Assembly (NCBI GenBank): GCA_035934545.1
Contig: DASYXV010000078.1
Span: 34,232 to 98,231 of the forward strand
Length of the DNA: 64,000 bases
Direction of reading: 5' to 3'
DNA from: Candidatus Acidiferrales bacterium
Lineage (GTDB): Bacteria > Acidobacteriota > Terriglobia > Acidiferrales > UBA7541
This document shows, in pieces, positions 25,822 through 34,503 of the stretch. Both the position numbers and the translations under genes were made by a program. A model generated the notes under the pieces. That model was not told the origin of the DNA, made no database searches, and saw only the letters and a program-made list of their open reading frames with translations. Position 1 is the stretch's first letter, and every line of letters begins with the position of its first letter.

Positions 25822-26496
25822 ATGCGCATCCTGCTGGTGGAAGACGAACGCAAGGTGGCGAGCTTTGTTGCGCGCGCGTTGCGGGAGAATGCCTACGCCG
25901 TGGACGTCGCCGCAACAGGCGAAGAGGGATTCCCTCTCGCCACGGAAAATCCATACGATGCCATTCTGCTGGACATCCGCCTGCCGGGGATGAGCGGCAT
26001 CGAAATGTGCCGTAAAGTGCGGCAAGCGGGTGTGCAATCGCCGATTCTGATGCTGACGGCGCGAAGCCTAGTTGAACAGCGCGTCGAAGGGCTCGATGCT
26101 GGCGCGGATGATTATCTGACAAAGCCGTTCGCGCTCGCCGAACTGCAAGCGCGCGTGCGGGCGCTGGTGCGGCGTGGATTCCGCCGCGGCGAAGCAACAC
26201 TGCGTTGCAACGATTTGGAACTGGACCGCCACCGCCGAAGCGTCACGCGCGGCGGCGCGAAAGTGCCGCTGACGTCGAAAGAATTTGCATTGCTGGAGTT
26301 GCTGCTGATGCGCTCTCCCGATGCCGTCACGCGCAGCGAAATCATCGAGCACGTCTGGGACAGCCATTTCGACAGCGAGACGAATTTGGTGGAGGTCTAT
26401 ATCAACCGTCTGCGTCAGAAAATCGACCAGGGCCGCGGCATGAGGCTGCTTCACACGCTGCGCGGCGTGGGCTACCGCCTGGGAGCGCCGGAATGA
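25822..26496 (+). CDS. OmpR-family response regulator, CusR/CopR-like
   Basis: MRILLVEDE..DIRLPGMSG..LMLTA..GADDYLTKPF is close by eye to E. coli CusR. Has a winged-helix C-terminus ..RGVGYRL. A perfect TATAAT at 25800-25805 lies 16 nt upstream. Confidence 0.9.
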   Translation: MRILLVEDERKVASFVARALRENAYAVDVAATGEEGFPLATENPYDAILLDIRLPGMSGIEMCRKVRQAGVQSPILMLTARSLVEQRVEGLDAGADDYLTKPFALAELQARVRALVRRGFRRGEATLRCNDLELDRHRRSVTRGGAKVPLTSKEFALLELLLMRSPDAVTRSEIIEHVWDSHFDSETNLVEVYINRLRQKIDQGRGMRLLHTLRGVGYRLGAPE

Positions 26497-27908
26497 AGAC
26501 GGCGATGTCGCTGCGCGTGCGGATGATGCTGCTCTTTTGCGTGGCCGTCGGCATTCTGCTCGCAGGTTCCTACACGGCGTTCTACCTGGCGCTGCGGAGC
26601 GTCGTGCGCTCGCAATTCAATCAGCGATTGATGGAAGCCGAAGCGCCCGTATCCGCCGATTTGCAGACTGACGCGGACAACGAGGACATCGTCGCCTTGG
26701 ATATCCCGGGAGAATATTTTGAGGTGCTGGACAGCGCCGGCCGCGCGGTGGCGCGCTCGAAAAATCTTGCCGGACACACGATCGAGGTGCTGGCGACGGG
26801 CCGGAATATCCGAACCGTGGATGATCCCAAGCTCGGGCGTTTGCATATTGGCGTGGCGACGATTCACCGCGCGAGCGGCGACCAAACGCTTATCCTCGCC
26901 ATGCCTACGGGTGATATTGAGCAAATTCTGACGCGCTTCCGCGCGCTGCTTTTCATCTTGTTCCCGCTTAGCCTGCTGATTATGGGAGCGCTCTCCGCAT
27001 GGTACGTGGGCCGGAGCTTGAAGCCAATCGCCGCGCTCACGCAGGAGACTTCGCGGATGGCCGAGCGAGTGAAGGTCGCGGCGCCCGGCGTAATCCCTGC
27101 GCGCGAACCGCTCAACCCGCTGCCCCTTGCCGCTGCGAACCGCGACGATGAACTTGGCCGATTGGCCGAAGCGTTCAACAAACTCTTCGTCTGCATGGAA
27201 GGCGCGCTGACGCAGCTCCGCCAATTCGTATCCGACGCTTCACATGAATTGCGCACGCCGCTCTCGGTGTTGCAGGGCGAAACGGAGCTGCTGCTCAAGG
27301 AGCCACGCGCGCCGGAGGAGTATCAGCGCGCGCTCGAAGTGATTGACAGCGAGCTGAAAAAAATGAGCCGCATTGTCGAGGGCCTGTTCACGCTGGCGAT
27401 GGCCGACGCGGGGCAACTGCGCCTGTTGCGAGAGCCGCTGTATTTGAACGAAGTGCTCGAGGAGGCGTGCGTGCTGGCAACTCCTCGCGCGAGAACCAAG
27501 GGAATCGCCATCGAGCGGCAGCTTTCGCGCGATGTGCCCTGCGTCGGCGACGAGACATTTCTGCGGCAGCTTTTCCTCATCTTCCTGGATAATGCGGTGA
27601 AATACTCCAAGCCGCAGAGCCGAATCCGCGTTGGGCTTGCACCAGTGAACGGCAAATTCGAAGTTGAATTCGACGACCAGGGCGCGGGAATTTCGCCGGA
27701 GCATCTGCCGCACATTTTCGAGAGATTCTACCGCGTCACGCAGCCCGACGCGCCCGAAGCGCAGAGCGGCGGACTTGGCCTTGCCATCGCGCAAGCCATT
27801 GTCGGCGCGCAGGGAGGCGCGATCGAATGCGCCAGCAAACCCGGCGAGGGGTCGAAGTTTGTCATTTCCCTTCCCCGTGATTCCGAGGGCGGCCAGCAGC
27901 GAAGCTAA
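26493..27908 (+). CDS. Sensor histidine kinase, CusS-like (2 TM, HAMP, HisKA, HATPase)
   Basis: ATGA start/stop overlap with the regulator gene. Contains H-box DASHELRTPLSVL, N-box LDNAVKYS, and G-boxes DQGAGI and GGLGLAIA. Confidence 0.85.
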   Translation: MKTAMSLRVRMMLLFCVAVGILLAGSYTAFYLALRSVVRSQFNQRLMEAEAPVSADLQTDADNEDIVALDIPGEYFEVLDSAGRAVARSKNLAGHTIEVLATGRNIRTVDDPKLGRLHIGVATIHRASGDQTLILAMPTGDIEQILTRFRALLFILFPLSLLIMGALSAWYVGRSLKPIAALTQETSRMAERVKVAAPGVIPAREPLNPLPLAAANRDDELGRLAEAFNKLFVCMEGALTQLRQFVSDASHELRTPLSVLQGETELLLKEPRAPEEYQRALEVIDSELKKMSRIVEGLFTLAMADAGQLRLLREPLYLNEVLEEACVLATPRARTKGIAIERQLSRDVPCVGDETFLRQLFLIFLDNAVKYSKPQSRIRVGLAPVNGKFEVEFDDQGAGISPEHLPHIFERFYRVTQPDAPEAQSGGLGLAIAQAIVGAQGGAIECASKPGEGSKFVISLPRDSEGGQQRS

Positions 27909-28074
27909 ACAAAAATTAATCATTCGTTCAGGTTCCCGCGCAAGGCAGCCGATAAAATGATTTGTGGCAAGATTCAGCGTGACGAGTGTGTCTGCACTTG
28001 TGGTATATGAAGTAGTCCGCGGCAGAAGAACCGCCGCATGCGATGCGGACGCGGGAAGAGGGAGTTCGTATTCT

Positions 28075-29301
28075 GTGAAGGCGTTGCGAATCATTTTAGT
28101 GACAATGGCTGTGAGCGCCGCGGTGCCATGCCTCGTGCGCGCGCAGCAGCCGCCTCAGAAGCTGGCGCTCGCGCAAGCTCTCGACATGGCCGCGCGTCAG
28201 AATCTGGACCTGATCGCCGCGCGGGCGCAGCGCGCCGTGGCCGCGGCAGGAGTGCGTATCGCCGGACAAAGGCCGAATCCCGCGGCGAATTTCACAGCCC
28301 TGCGCGACGACCCGCATGAAGGCTTGTTTCTCGATTTGCCTCTCGAAATCGGCCCGAAGCGCGGCCGCCGGATCGATCTGGCGCGGCAGCAAAGCGCGCT
28401 GACCGACGACGACATCGCGGCGCTCGAGCGTCTGACGCGGCAAAGCGCGCGCGACGCATTTTTCGCTCTGGCTCTGGCGCGGAGCACGACGCAGCAAAAG
28501 TCCGGCGTCTTGAAGCTGGCGCAGCAGCTGCAAAGCATCGCCGAATCTCGATTCGAAGCGGGAGATGTGCCGCAGCTCGAAGTCGAGCAGGCCAACCTTG
28601 GTGTGGCGCAAGCGCAGGCCGATTTCCAGATGGCGCAACAGGAAGAAAAAGTGGCGCTGAGCGCATTGGACGCGCTCCTGAACGAGCCGCCGGGGACGGA
28701 TTGGGAACTGGTTACGCCGCTCGAGACCATGCCGGCGGAAGGCCAGTTGAGCGATCTGCTAACGCGCGCGGGAAACGCGAATTACGAGTTGCAGAAAATC
28801 GCGCAGCAGGAAAGAGTCGAGCAGAGTCAGCGGGCGCTCCTGCGGGCGCAACGGATCCCCAATTTGAATTTGCAATTTGGCGTGGATCTCAATTCGCCTC
28901 GCAATTTCCGCTATGGACCCCGCGGCCAGATCAACATGGAAATGCCCATTTTTTCGCGCAATCAGGGCGAGATTGCGGAATCTTCGGCCACGTTGATCGC
29001 GCTCGAGGACCAGGCGGCGGCGACGCGGCGCGCCGTGGACGGCCGCGTCGAGCAAGCATTTTACGAACTCGATGCGCGCGAGGCGCAAGCCAAACTCTAC
29101 AAGGAGACGCTGGTCCCCTCGGCCACACGGCTCGAAGGCATGGCGGAAGAAAGTTACAAGGCCGGCAAAGCTAACATCCTCTATGTGCTCGACGCGCAGA
29201 AGAACGTGCAGCAGGTGCAGCAGGCCTATTTGCAGAGCTTGTTCACCCTGCAGCAGGCGTTCGCACAACTGGAAGAGACCGTCGGGGCGCCCCTCGACTG
29301 A
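28075..29301 (+). CDS. Outer-membrane efflux protein (TolC/OMF family)
   Basis: Signal peptide ..PCLVRAQQ. Shows two-fold repeated OEP pattern (LALAQALDMAARQNLDL.., ..LLTRAGNANYELQ..). GTG 28075 was chosen over the longer ORF start at 27964. Confidence 0.8.
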   Translation: MKALRIILVTMAVSAAVPCLVRAQQPPQKLALAQALDMAARQNLDLIAARAQRAVAAAGVRIAGQRPNPAANFTALRDDPHEGLFLDLPLEIGPKRGRRIDLARQQSALTDDDIAALERLTRQSARDAFFALALARSTTQQKSGVLKLAQQLQSIAESRFEAGDVPQLEVEQANLGVAQAQADFQMAQQEEKVALSALDALLNEPPGTDWELVTPLETMPAEGQLSDLLTRAGNANYELQKIAQQERVEQSQRALLRAQRIPNLNLQFGVDLNSPRNFRYGPRGQINMEMPIFSRNQGEIAESSATLIALEDQAAATRRAVDGRVEQAFYELDAREAQAKLYKETLVPSATRLEGMAEESYKAGKANILYVLDAQKNVQQVQQAYLQSLFTLQQAFAQLEETVGAPLD

Positions 29302-30426
29302 ATGGGTATGGTGATGAGACGAAGAAACTGGATGTGGTTCGGTTCGGCGCTGATTGGCGCGTCGCTGTTGCTCATGGCCGGATGCGGAAAAGGCGGAGAG
29401 AGCGACGAGGGCGGCGGGGGCGAGAGCCAGGTAACCGCTGAAGTGACCGTGGTGAAAGTAGTCCGCGGTGAGATACAGCAAGTCATCACGATGAGCGGAA
29501 ACGTCGTCGCGCTGCCGAACCAGGACGTGAAGGTGAGCGCGCTCGTGGCCGGCAGGATTACGGCGCTGAACGTTTCCGAAGGCGATCACGTCACCAAAGG
29601 CGAAGTGCTGGCCACGCTCGATGACAGCACGTACCAGCAGCAATTTCAGCAAGCCGAAGCGGCTCTCCTGCAGGCGAGCGCAAGTTTGAAAAATGCTCAG
29701 CAGACCTTGACGCGAAACCAGACATTGTTTTCGCGCGGCATCGTGGCGCGCGCCGACCTCGAAAACGCGCAAACGCAACTGGCCGTCGCGCAGGCGGCGG
29801 AGAAGCAGGCTCGCGCTGCGGAACAATTATCCAGCATGCAGCTCGAGCGGACGAAAATCGCTTCTCCGCTTACTGGCGTGGTGGCGAAGCGATTCTCCAG
29901 TGTCGGCGAGCAGGTGGACGGCACCGCGGCGCAGCCGATTGTCGAAGTCGCCGACATCGCGTATCTCGACTTCGCCGGCAATCTTCCCGCTTCCTATCTC
30001 GGCAAGATTCACGTGGGCGAAATGCTGGCGGTCACGAGCGATGCCTTGCCGGAGAAAACGTTCAGCGGCCGCGTGGTCGCCATCGCGCCCGCTGTGGATC
30101 CCTCGACGAACGTCGGCGGAGTCCGGATTCGCATCGCCAATCCCGGCGGGAGGCTGAAGCTCGGCATGTTCCTGAACGCGCAGGTGCAGGTGGAGGTGCA
30201 CAAAAACGCGCTGCTCGTGCCCGCAGAGGCCGTGTACCGCGATGAGGAAGGCAAGCCGCAGGTCTACATCGTAAACGGCGACACCGCGAAAGCCGCGGAC
30301 GTCACGCTGGGAATCGAGAACGGCGGACGCGTGGAAATTCTCGATGGCGTGAAGGACGGCGACACAATCGTCCACACGGGCGGCTACGGACTCGGCGACA
30401 CCGCGAAAGTCAAAATCAAGTCATGA
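29302..30426 (+). CDS. Efflux RND periplasmic adaptor (MFP/HlyD family) lipoprotein
   Basis: Lipobox LLMAG|C, a coiled-coil hairpin (QQAEAALLQA..QAAEKQARAAE), and a beta-barrel C-terminus. ATG immediately follows the OMF stop. Confidence 0.85.
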   Translation: MGMVMRRRNWMWFGSALIGASLLLMAGCGKGGESDEGGGGESQVTAEVTVVKVVRGEIQQVITMSGNVVALPNQDVKVSALVAGRITALNVSEGDHVTKGEVLATLDDSTYQQQFQQAEAALLQASASLKNAQQTLTRNQTLFSRGIVARADLENAQTQLAVAQAAEKQARAAEQLSSMQLERTKIASPLTGVVAKRFSSVGEQVDGTAAQPIVEVADIAYLDFAGNLPASYLGKIHVGEMLAVTSDALPEKTFSGRVVAIAPAVDPSTNVGGVRIRIANPGGRLKLGMFLNAQVQVEVHKNALLVPAEAVYRDEEGKPQVYIVNGDTAKAADVTLGIENGGRVEILDGVKDGDTIVHTGGYGLGDTAKVKIKS

Positions 30427-33400
30427 ACATCGTCCGAGCCTGCAAGAGAAATAGATATGCCGTCTATTTGCTGACGGCGTTCCTCACCTTGGCCGGGGCC
30501 TACTCCTTCTTCGTTCTTCCAAGCAACATCTATCCGAGCCTCGGGTTCCCCCGCGTCATGATCCTGGTGCATTCCGGCGACCTCTCGCCGCGGACGATGT
30601 TGCTTATGGTCACGCGCCCGATTGAGATTGCCGTCAGCACGGTGCAGGGCGTGTATCGGGTGCGGTCGAATACGATCCGTGGCGCCGCGCAAATTGGCGT
30701 GCAGTTCAATCCCGGCATGGATATGAAGTACGCGCTGCAGCTCGTCCAGACCCAGGTCACCACCATGACCAGTTCGCTTCCGCAAGGAACGGAAGTGGAT
30801 GTCGAATGGGAGTCGCCCACCGTTTATCCCGTGTTTGGCCTAATCCTCAATGGCAGCGTTCCGGACGCGGATCTCTATGATTACGCGTACTACGACTTGC
30901 GCCCGCTCATCACGCGCGTGCAGGGCGTGGGAAACGTGGAAGTCCAGGCCACGGACCAGCGCGAGGTGTCCGTGATCGTGGACCCCGAGAAATTGCTCTC
31001 GCACCGCCTCTCGCTCAACGATGTTTCCACTGCCTTGGCGGAAACAAATCAGGTGACCGCCGTGGGACGCCTGCCGAAAGACTATTTGCAGTATCAAATC
31101 CTCACTAACAATCAGTTCCACACATTCGACGATATCCGCAATGCCGTCGTGGCCATTCAGGACCAGGTTCCCGTTCGCGTGAGCGACATCGCCACGGTGA
31201 AGGATGGCGTCGAGGACCCGCATCTGCTCGTCACCGGAAACGGCAAGCCCGGGGCGACAATCGAAGTGACTCGCCAAATCGGCGGCGACATCCTGCAGAT
31301 CGTCAAGCAAATTCGCACTTTGACGCAGAATCTGGGCTCGGCCATCCCGAAAACGTTGCGCATATCAGTGGATTACGATCTGGCGGAATTCGTCTCTGAA
31401 TCCATCAAGAGCGTCCGCGACGCAGTCCTCATCGGGGCGGCCCTGGCCGTGTTGATTCTCTTCGGTTTTCTTCGCGACACGCGCACCACGCTCGTCGCCG
31501 CCACGTCGCTGCCTCTATCCGTCATCGGCACATTTTTCTTTCTCAAGTTCTTTGGTGGCTCGCTGAATCTGATGTCCCTTGGTGGGCTTGCCATCGCCAT
31601 CGGCCTCATCATTGACGACGCCGTCGTCATCATCGAAAACATTTACCGGCATATCGGCCTGGGCGAGCCCGTGGACGATGCTGCTGACATTGGCGTGCGC
31701 GAACTGCTTGGCGCCGTCGTCGGCTCGACCGCGACCACCCTCGTTGTCTTTCTCCCCTTGAGCCTCCTCCAAGGCGTAGTCGGCGAATTCTTCAAGGCGC
31801 TCTGCCTCACGCTGGGAGTCTCCGTCCTGCTGTCTCTCATTTTTGCGTTGACGATTATTCCGCTCTTCTCGCTGCGTTTTCTGACCGGAAGAACGCACCG
31901 CGCCAGCTCCTCGAGGATCATGACTCCGGTTCTGGTCGGCTACGAAAAATCCGTGCGCTGGGCCTTGCGCCACCGGCTGATTGTCGCGGGAATCGCGCTT
32001 GCGTCCGTCGCTCTCGCCGTCTTCTCTTACACGCAGTTGGATACTGGCTTTCTGCCGCAGATGGATGAGGGCGGCTTCATCCTCGACTACACTACGCCAT
32101 CTGGAACATCCCTCGAAGAGACCAACAAAATCCTGCAGAAAGTCGAACAGCGGATTGAAGCGCTGCCGGACCTGGATGCGTTCTCGCGCCGCACCGGCGC
32201 AGAAAACGGCCTCTACGTCACGCCGCAGAACTCCGGCGACTTTACCGTGAAACTCAAGCCGCGCTCCCAGCGCCGCCCGATCACCGTCGTCATCAACGAT
32301 TTGCGCGACCAGATCAATCGGAACATCCCGGGCGTGGAAGTCGATTTCTCGCAAATCCTCCAGGATATGCTCAACGATCTCGAAGGCACGCGGCAACCCG
32401 TGGAAGTGAAAATTTTCGGCGACAACCTGGACGAACTGGAAAAACTGGTGGATGAAATCGGGCCGAAGCTCCAGGCCATTCCCGGACTGGTGGACTACAA
32501 GACGCTTCAGAAAGGCAATCCCCAGCTCGTTTTCAATATTGACCCCGCGGCTGCCGACCGTCTGGGCATGACGCCGCAGGACGTCTCGCAGCAAATCAGC
32601 GCCGGGCTTTTCGGCGTCACGCAGACCGAGCTGCGCGAATCCGACCGCACCGTGCCGATACGTGTTCGCTTTCCCGATTCCTTCCGCTGGAACTACAACG
32701 ACGTCCTGCAATTCCCGATTCTGACGCCAGCCAAGCAGATTGTTCCGCTCTCCTCAATTGCCCATCCCCAAGAAGTCCAGGGCGAAAGCGCTCTCGAGCG
32801 CGAAAATCAGCGCCTCATGGTCTCGATGACAGGTGAGCTAAAAGATCCCAACCAGCTAGGCGCTGTCATCAGCGGCGTGAAAAACGTGATGAGCAAGATC
32901 CAGCTTCCCGTCGGCTACACTTACGAACTCGGCGGCCAATACGAGAGCCAGCAAGCCGCGTTTCGCGATTTGCTGTTCGTGCTGTTTCTCGCCCTTGGCG
33001 CGATTTTCATAGTCCTCGTCGTGCAGTTCCGCTCTTTCGCGCCCGCGCTCATCATTTTATCCGCCGCTCCGTTGTCGCTCGTCGGCGTCTTCGGTATGTT
33101 GCTTGCGACGGGAACTGCTCTGAACGTCTCCTCGTTCATGGGCATCATCCTGATGGTCGGCCTCGTCGTGAAAAACGGCATCATTCTCTTCGAATATGTC
33201 CACAAGCTCTGGGAAGAAGACCACATGCCGCTTTCTGAGGCGCTGGTCGAGGCCGGCAAAATCCGCATCCGCCCCATCCTGATGACTACTCTCGCCACGC
33301 TCTTCGGCCTGCTGCCGCTCGCTCTCGGCCTCGGCTCCGGCGCGGAATTGCAAAAGCCTCTCGCGCTCGCCGTCATCGGCGGCCTGACTCTCTCAACGTT

Positions 33401-33461
33401 CATTACGCTCCTCCTGATGCCCGTGCTTTATTCCCTCCTCCAGCGCAAATCCGAAGCCTAG
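30423..33461 (+). CDS. RND efflux permease, AcrB/HAE1-like
   Basis: 1012 aa with 12 TM helices and two large loops. The TM4 motif GLIIDDAVVIIEN is a DD proton-relay as in AcrB, not the CzcA DFG..DGA..EN form. ATGA overlap with the MFP gene. Confidence 0.9.
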   Translation: MNIVRACKRNRYAVYLLTAFLTLAGAYSFFVLPSNIYPSLGFPRVMILVHSGDLSPRTMLLMVTRPIEIAVSTVQGVYRVRSNTIRGAAQIGVQFNPGMDMKYALQLVQTQVTTMTSSLPQGTEVDVEWESPTVYPVFGLILNGSVPDADLYDYAYYDLRPLITRVQGVGNVEVQATDQREVSVIVDPEKLLSHRLSLNDVSTALAETNQVTAVGRLPKDYLQYQILTNNQFHTFDDIRNAVVAIQDQVPVRVSDIATVKDGVEDPHLLVTGNGKPGATIEVTRQIGGDILQIVKQIRTLTQNLGSAIPKTLRISVDYDLAEFVSESIKSVRDAVLIGAALAVLILFGFLRDTRTTLVAATSLPLSVIGTFFFLKFFGGSLNLMSLGGLAIAIGLIIDDAVVIIENIYRHIGLGEPVDDAADIGVRELLGAVVGSTATTLVVFLPLSLLQGVVGEFFKALCLTLGVSVLLSLIFALTIIPLFSLRFLTGRTHRASSSRIMTPVLVGYEKSVRWALRHRLIVAGIALASVALAVFSYTQLDTGFLPQMDEGGFILDYTTPSGTSLEETNKILQKVEQRIEALPDLDAFSRRTGAENGLYVTPQNSGDFTVKLKPRSQRRPITVVINDLRDQINRNIPGVEVDFSQILQDMLNDLEGTRQPVEVKIFGDNLDELEKLVDEIGPKLQAIPGLVDYKTLQKGNPQLVFNIDPAAADRLGMTPQDVSQQISAGLFGVTQTELRESDRTVPIRVRFPDSFRWNYNDVLQFPILTPAKQIVPLSSIAHPQEVQGESALERENQRLMVSMTGELKDPNQLGAVISGVKNVMSKIQLPVGYTYELGGQYESQQAAFRDLLFVLFLALGAIFIVLVVQFRSFAPALIILSAAPLSLVGVFGMLLATGTALNVSSFMGIILMVGLVVKNGIILFEYVHKLWEEDHMPLSEALVEAGKIRIRPILMTTLATLFGLLPLALGLGSGAELQKPLALAVIGGLTLSTFITLLLMPVLYSLLQRKSEA

Positions 33462-33497
33462 AATAATCGCCTCAGTAGCACCGGCCTCGATGCGCTT

Positions 33498-33524
33498 TGG
33501 TGCAAAATGGTGCATTTTGGTGTA
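33498..33524 (+). promoter_or_regulatory. Three direct repeats TGGTGCA / TGGTGCA / TGGTGTA with exact 10-bp phasing (candidate RHH operator)
   Basis: Repeats start at 33498, 33508 and 33518. The last ends 11 nt before ATG 33535. Confidence 0.45.
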
Positions 33525-33534
33525 TCCTGCTCCC

Positions 33535-33792
33535 ATGACGATCGGGAAAAAGACCTTGCGTCGAAGCGTGTCGCTTCCCTCCCGGCTTGCGCACCATGTG
33601 CGCACAATCGCGAAACATCGGCGTACGAGCACGAACCGCGTCTTAGTGGAACTGATTGAAAGCGGGATTGAGTCCAGAGAGGCGGAAAAGACAAAATTCT
33701 TCCAGCTCGCGGAGCGATTGAGCGATTCCTCGGACCCGGCCGAACGAAAACGGATCAAAAAAGAACTCGCTCGCCTGACGTTTGGCGAATAG
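33535..33792 (+). CDS. Ribbon-helix-helix (CopG/Arc-like) DNA-binding protein, antitoxin-like
   Basis: Beta-alpha-alpha pattern RRSVSLP-SRLAHHVRTIAKHRR-TS-TNRVLVELIESGI, followed by a charged tail. Confidence 0.55.
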   Translation: MTIGKKTLRRSVSLPSRLAHHVRTIAKHRRTSTNRVLVELIESGIESREAEKTKFFQLAERLSDSSDPAERKRIKKELARLTFGE

Positions 33793-34035
33793 ATGCCAAA
33801 AATCCAATGGTCCGATTTACCGCCGACCCTGCGCGACCACCTCTTTGAGCGCCTCCGAGACCGCAAGATCACCGTCGAGGACTTGTACGAATTGAAATTG
33901 TGGCGTGAATCAGAACCCGACGCTCCGGAAGGCGCCTGGTATAAGGATTTCGGTACGTTCAAAATCTGCGGCGAGGGAAAATATCCAAAGACGTTTCTTC
34001 TCCGCGGCCAGCCGGCGAAAGGTAAGAAACTGTAA
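33793..34035 (+). CDS. Hypothetical 80-aa protein, unassigned family (possible toxin partner)
   Basis: ATG directly abuts the TAG of the RHH gene. Sequence ..LRDHLFERLRDRKITVEDLYELKLW..WYKDFGTFKICGEGKYPKTFLL.. matches no motif I recognise. Confidence 0.5.
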   Translation: MPKIQWSDLPPTLRDHLFERLRDRKITVEDLYELKLWRESEPDAPEGAWYKDFGTFKICGEGKYPKTFLLRGQPAKGKKL

Positions 34036-34250
34036 GCCGAATGTGTGGCCGCCCAGCGTGGTTCTGCGCTTAAAAATCTGCTTGACTTTTGATTAGTTTC
34101 TGGTAATATACCTTCGTGAATAAGATGCAACAGTTGGCAATTTCCTTCACTTCCTCCTGGGGCCCTCGGTGGAGTTTCCTCGCCGGCTAGCCTCTTACTC
34201 CAGCCCGCCACGGCGGGCATGCCGCAAGAAACTCACCTCAATTTTTGAAT

Positions 34251-34325
34251 TTCTAATCGAAAATGACATGCGCAGTCGCGAAAAGCTATGTTATCGCAAA
34301 CAAAGCACTTATGAAATTCTAATCG
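34251..34325 (-). repeat. Copy B (inverted) of the dispersed ~75-bp element
   Basis: Plus strand has TTCTAATCG at 34251-34259 and 34317-34325, and AAACAAAGCACTT at 34298-34310. This is the reverse complement of the boxes at 15622-15695, with the same spacing (6 nt and ~38 nt). Confidence 0.7.
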
Positions 34326-34359
34326 CAAATGAACTTCATTTATTTGCGATCGCTTTTTT
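34323..34359 (+). terminator. Terminator-like hairpin plus T6 in an intergenic region (no upstream plus-strand CDS within ~290 nt)
   Basis: Stem TCGCAAAT (34323-34330) / ATTTGCGA (34342-34349), then TCGC and TTTTTT (34354-34359). The stem is AT-rich. Confidence 0.4.
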
Positions 34360-34503
34360 GACCCTTACGAAGCGGCAGATGGATCGCGGCTGGTTGGATG
34401 TTTCCCGTCGCATGCGTGAAGCGCGGCATTGCATTTTCCGACGCCGAGGCGTCCAATATCATCATGCGTGGCGCGTTTTGCCGCGCGTCTTGCGAGGTGG
34501 CGC

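Noticed and set aside
25274-26200. 308-aa minus-strand ORF
   Set aside because: It is antisense across the M50 protease end, the promoter region and the CusR-like regulator. It is Arg/Pro/Ala-rich and implausible as a protein.
28759-29826. 355-aa minus-strand ORF (and 31515..32711, 398 aa)
   Set aside because: Both are mirror frames of the OMF/MFP and RND permease genes. They have no start context or motifs and lie within a tightly coupled plus-strand operon.
15622-34325. Idea that the two inverted ~75-bp elements are terminal inverted repeats of an 18.6-kb composite transposon or island
   Set aside because: No transposase, recombinase or target-site duplication was seen. Only short boxes are conserved while the spacers differ. 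The enclosed genes are ordinary chromosomal functions with host-like composition.
34346-34353. GCGATCGC (the cyanobacterial HIP1 palindrome)
   Set aside because: I noticed only a single occurrence. It is part of the hairpin described above, and nothing else suggests a cyanobacterial origin.
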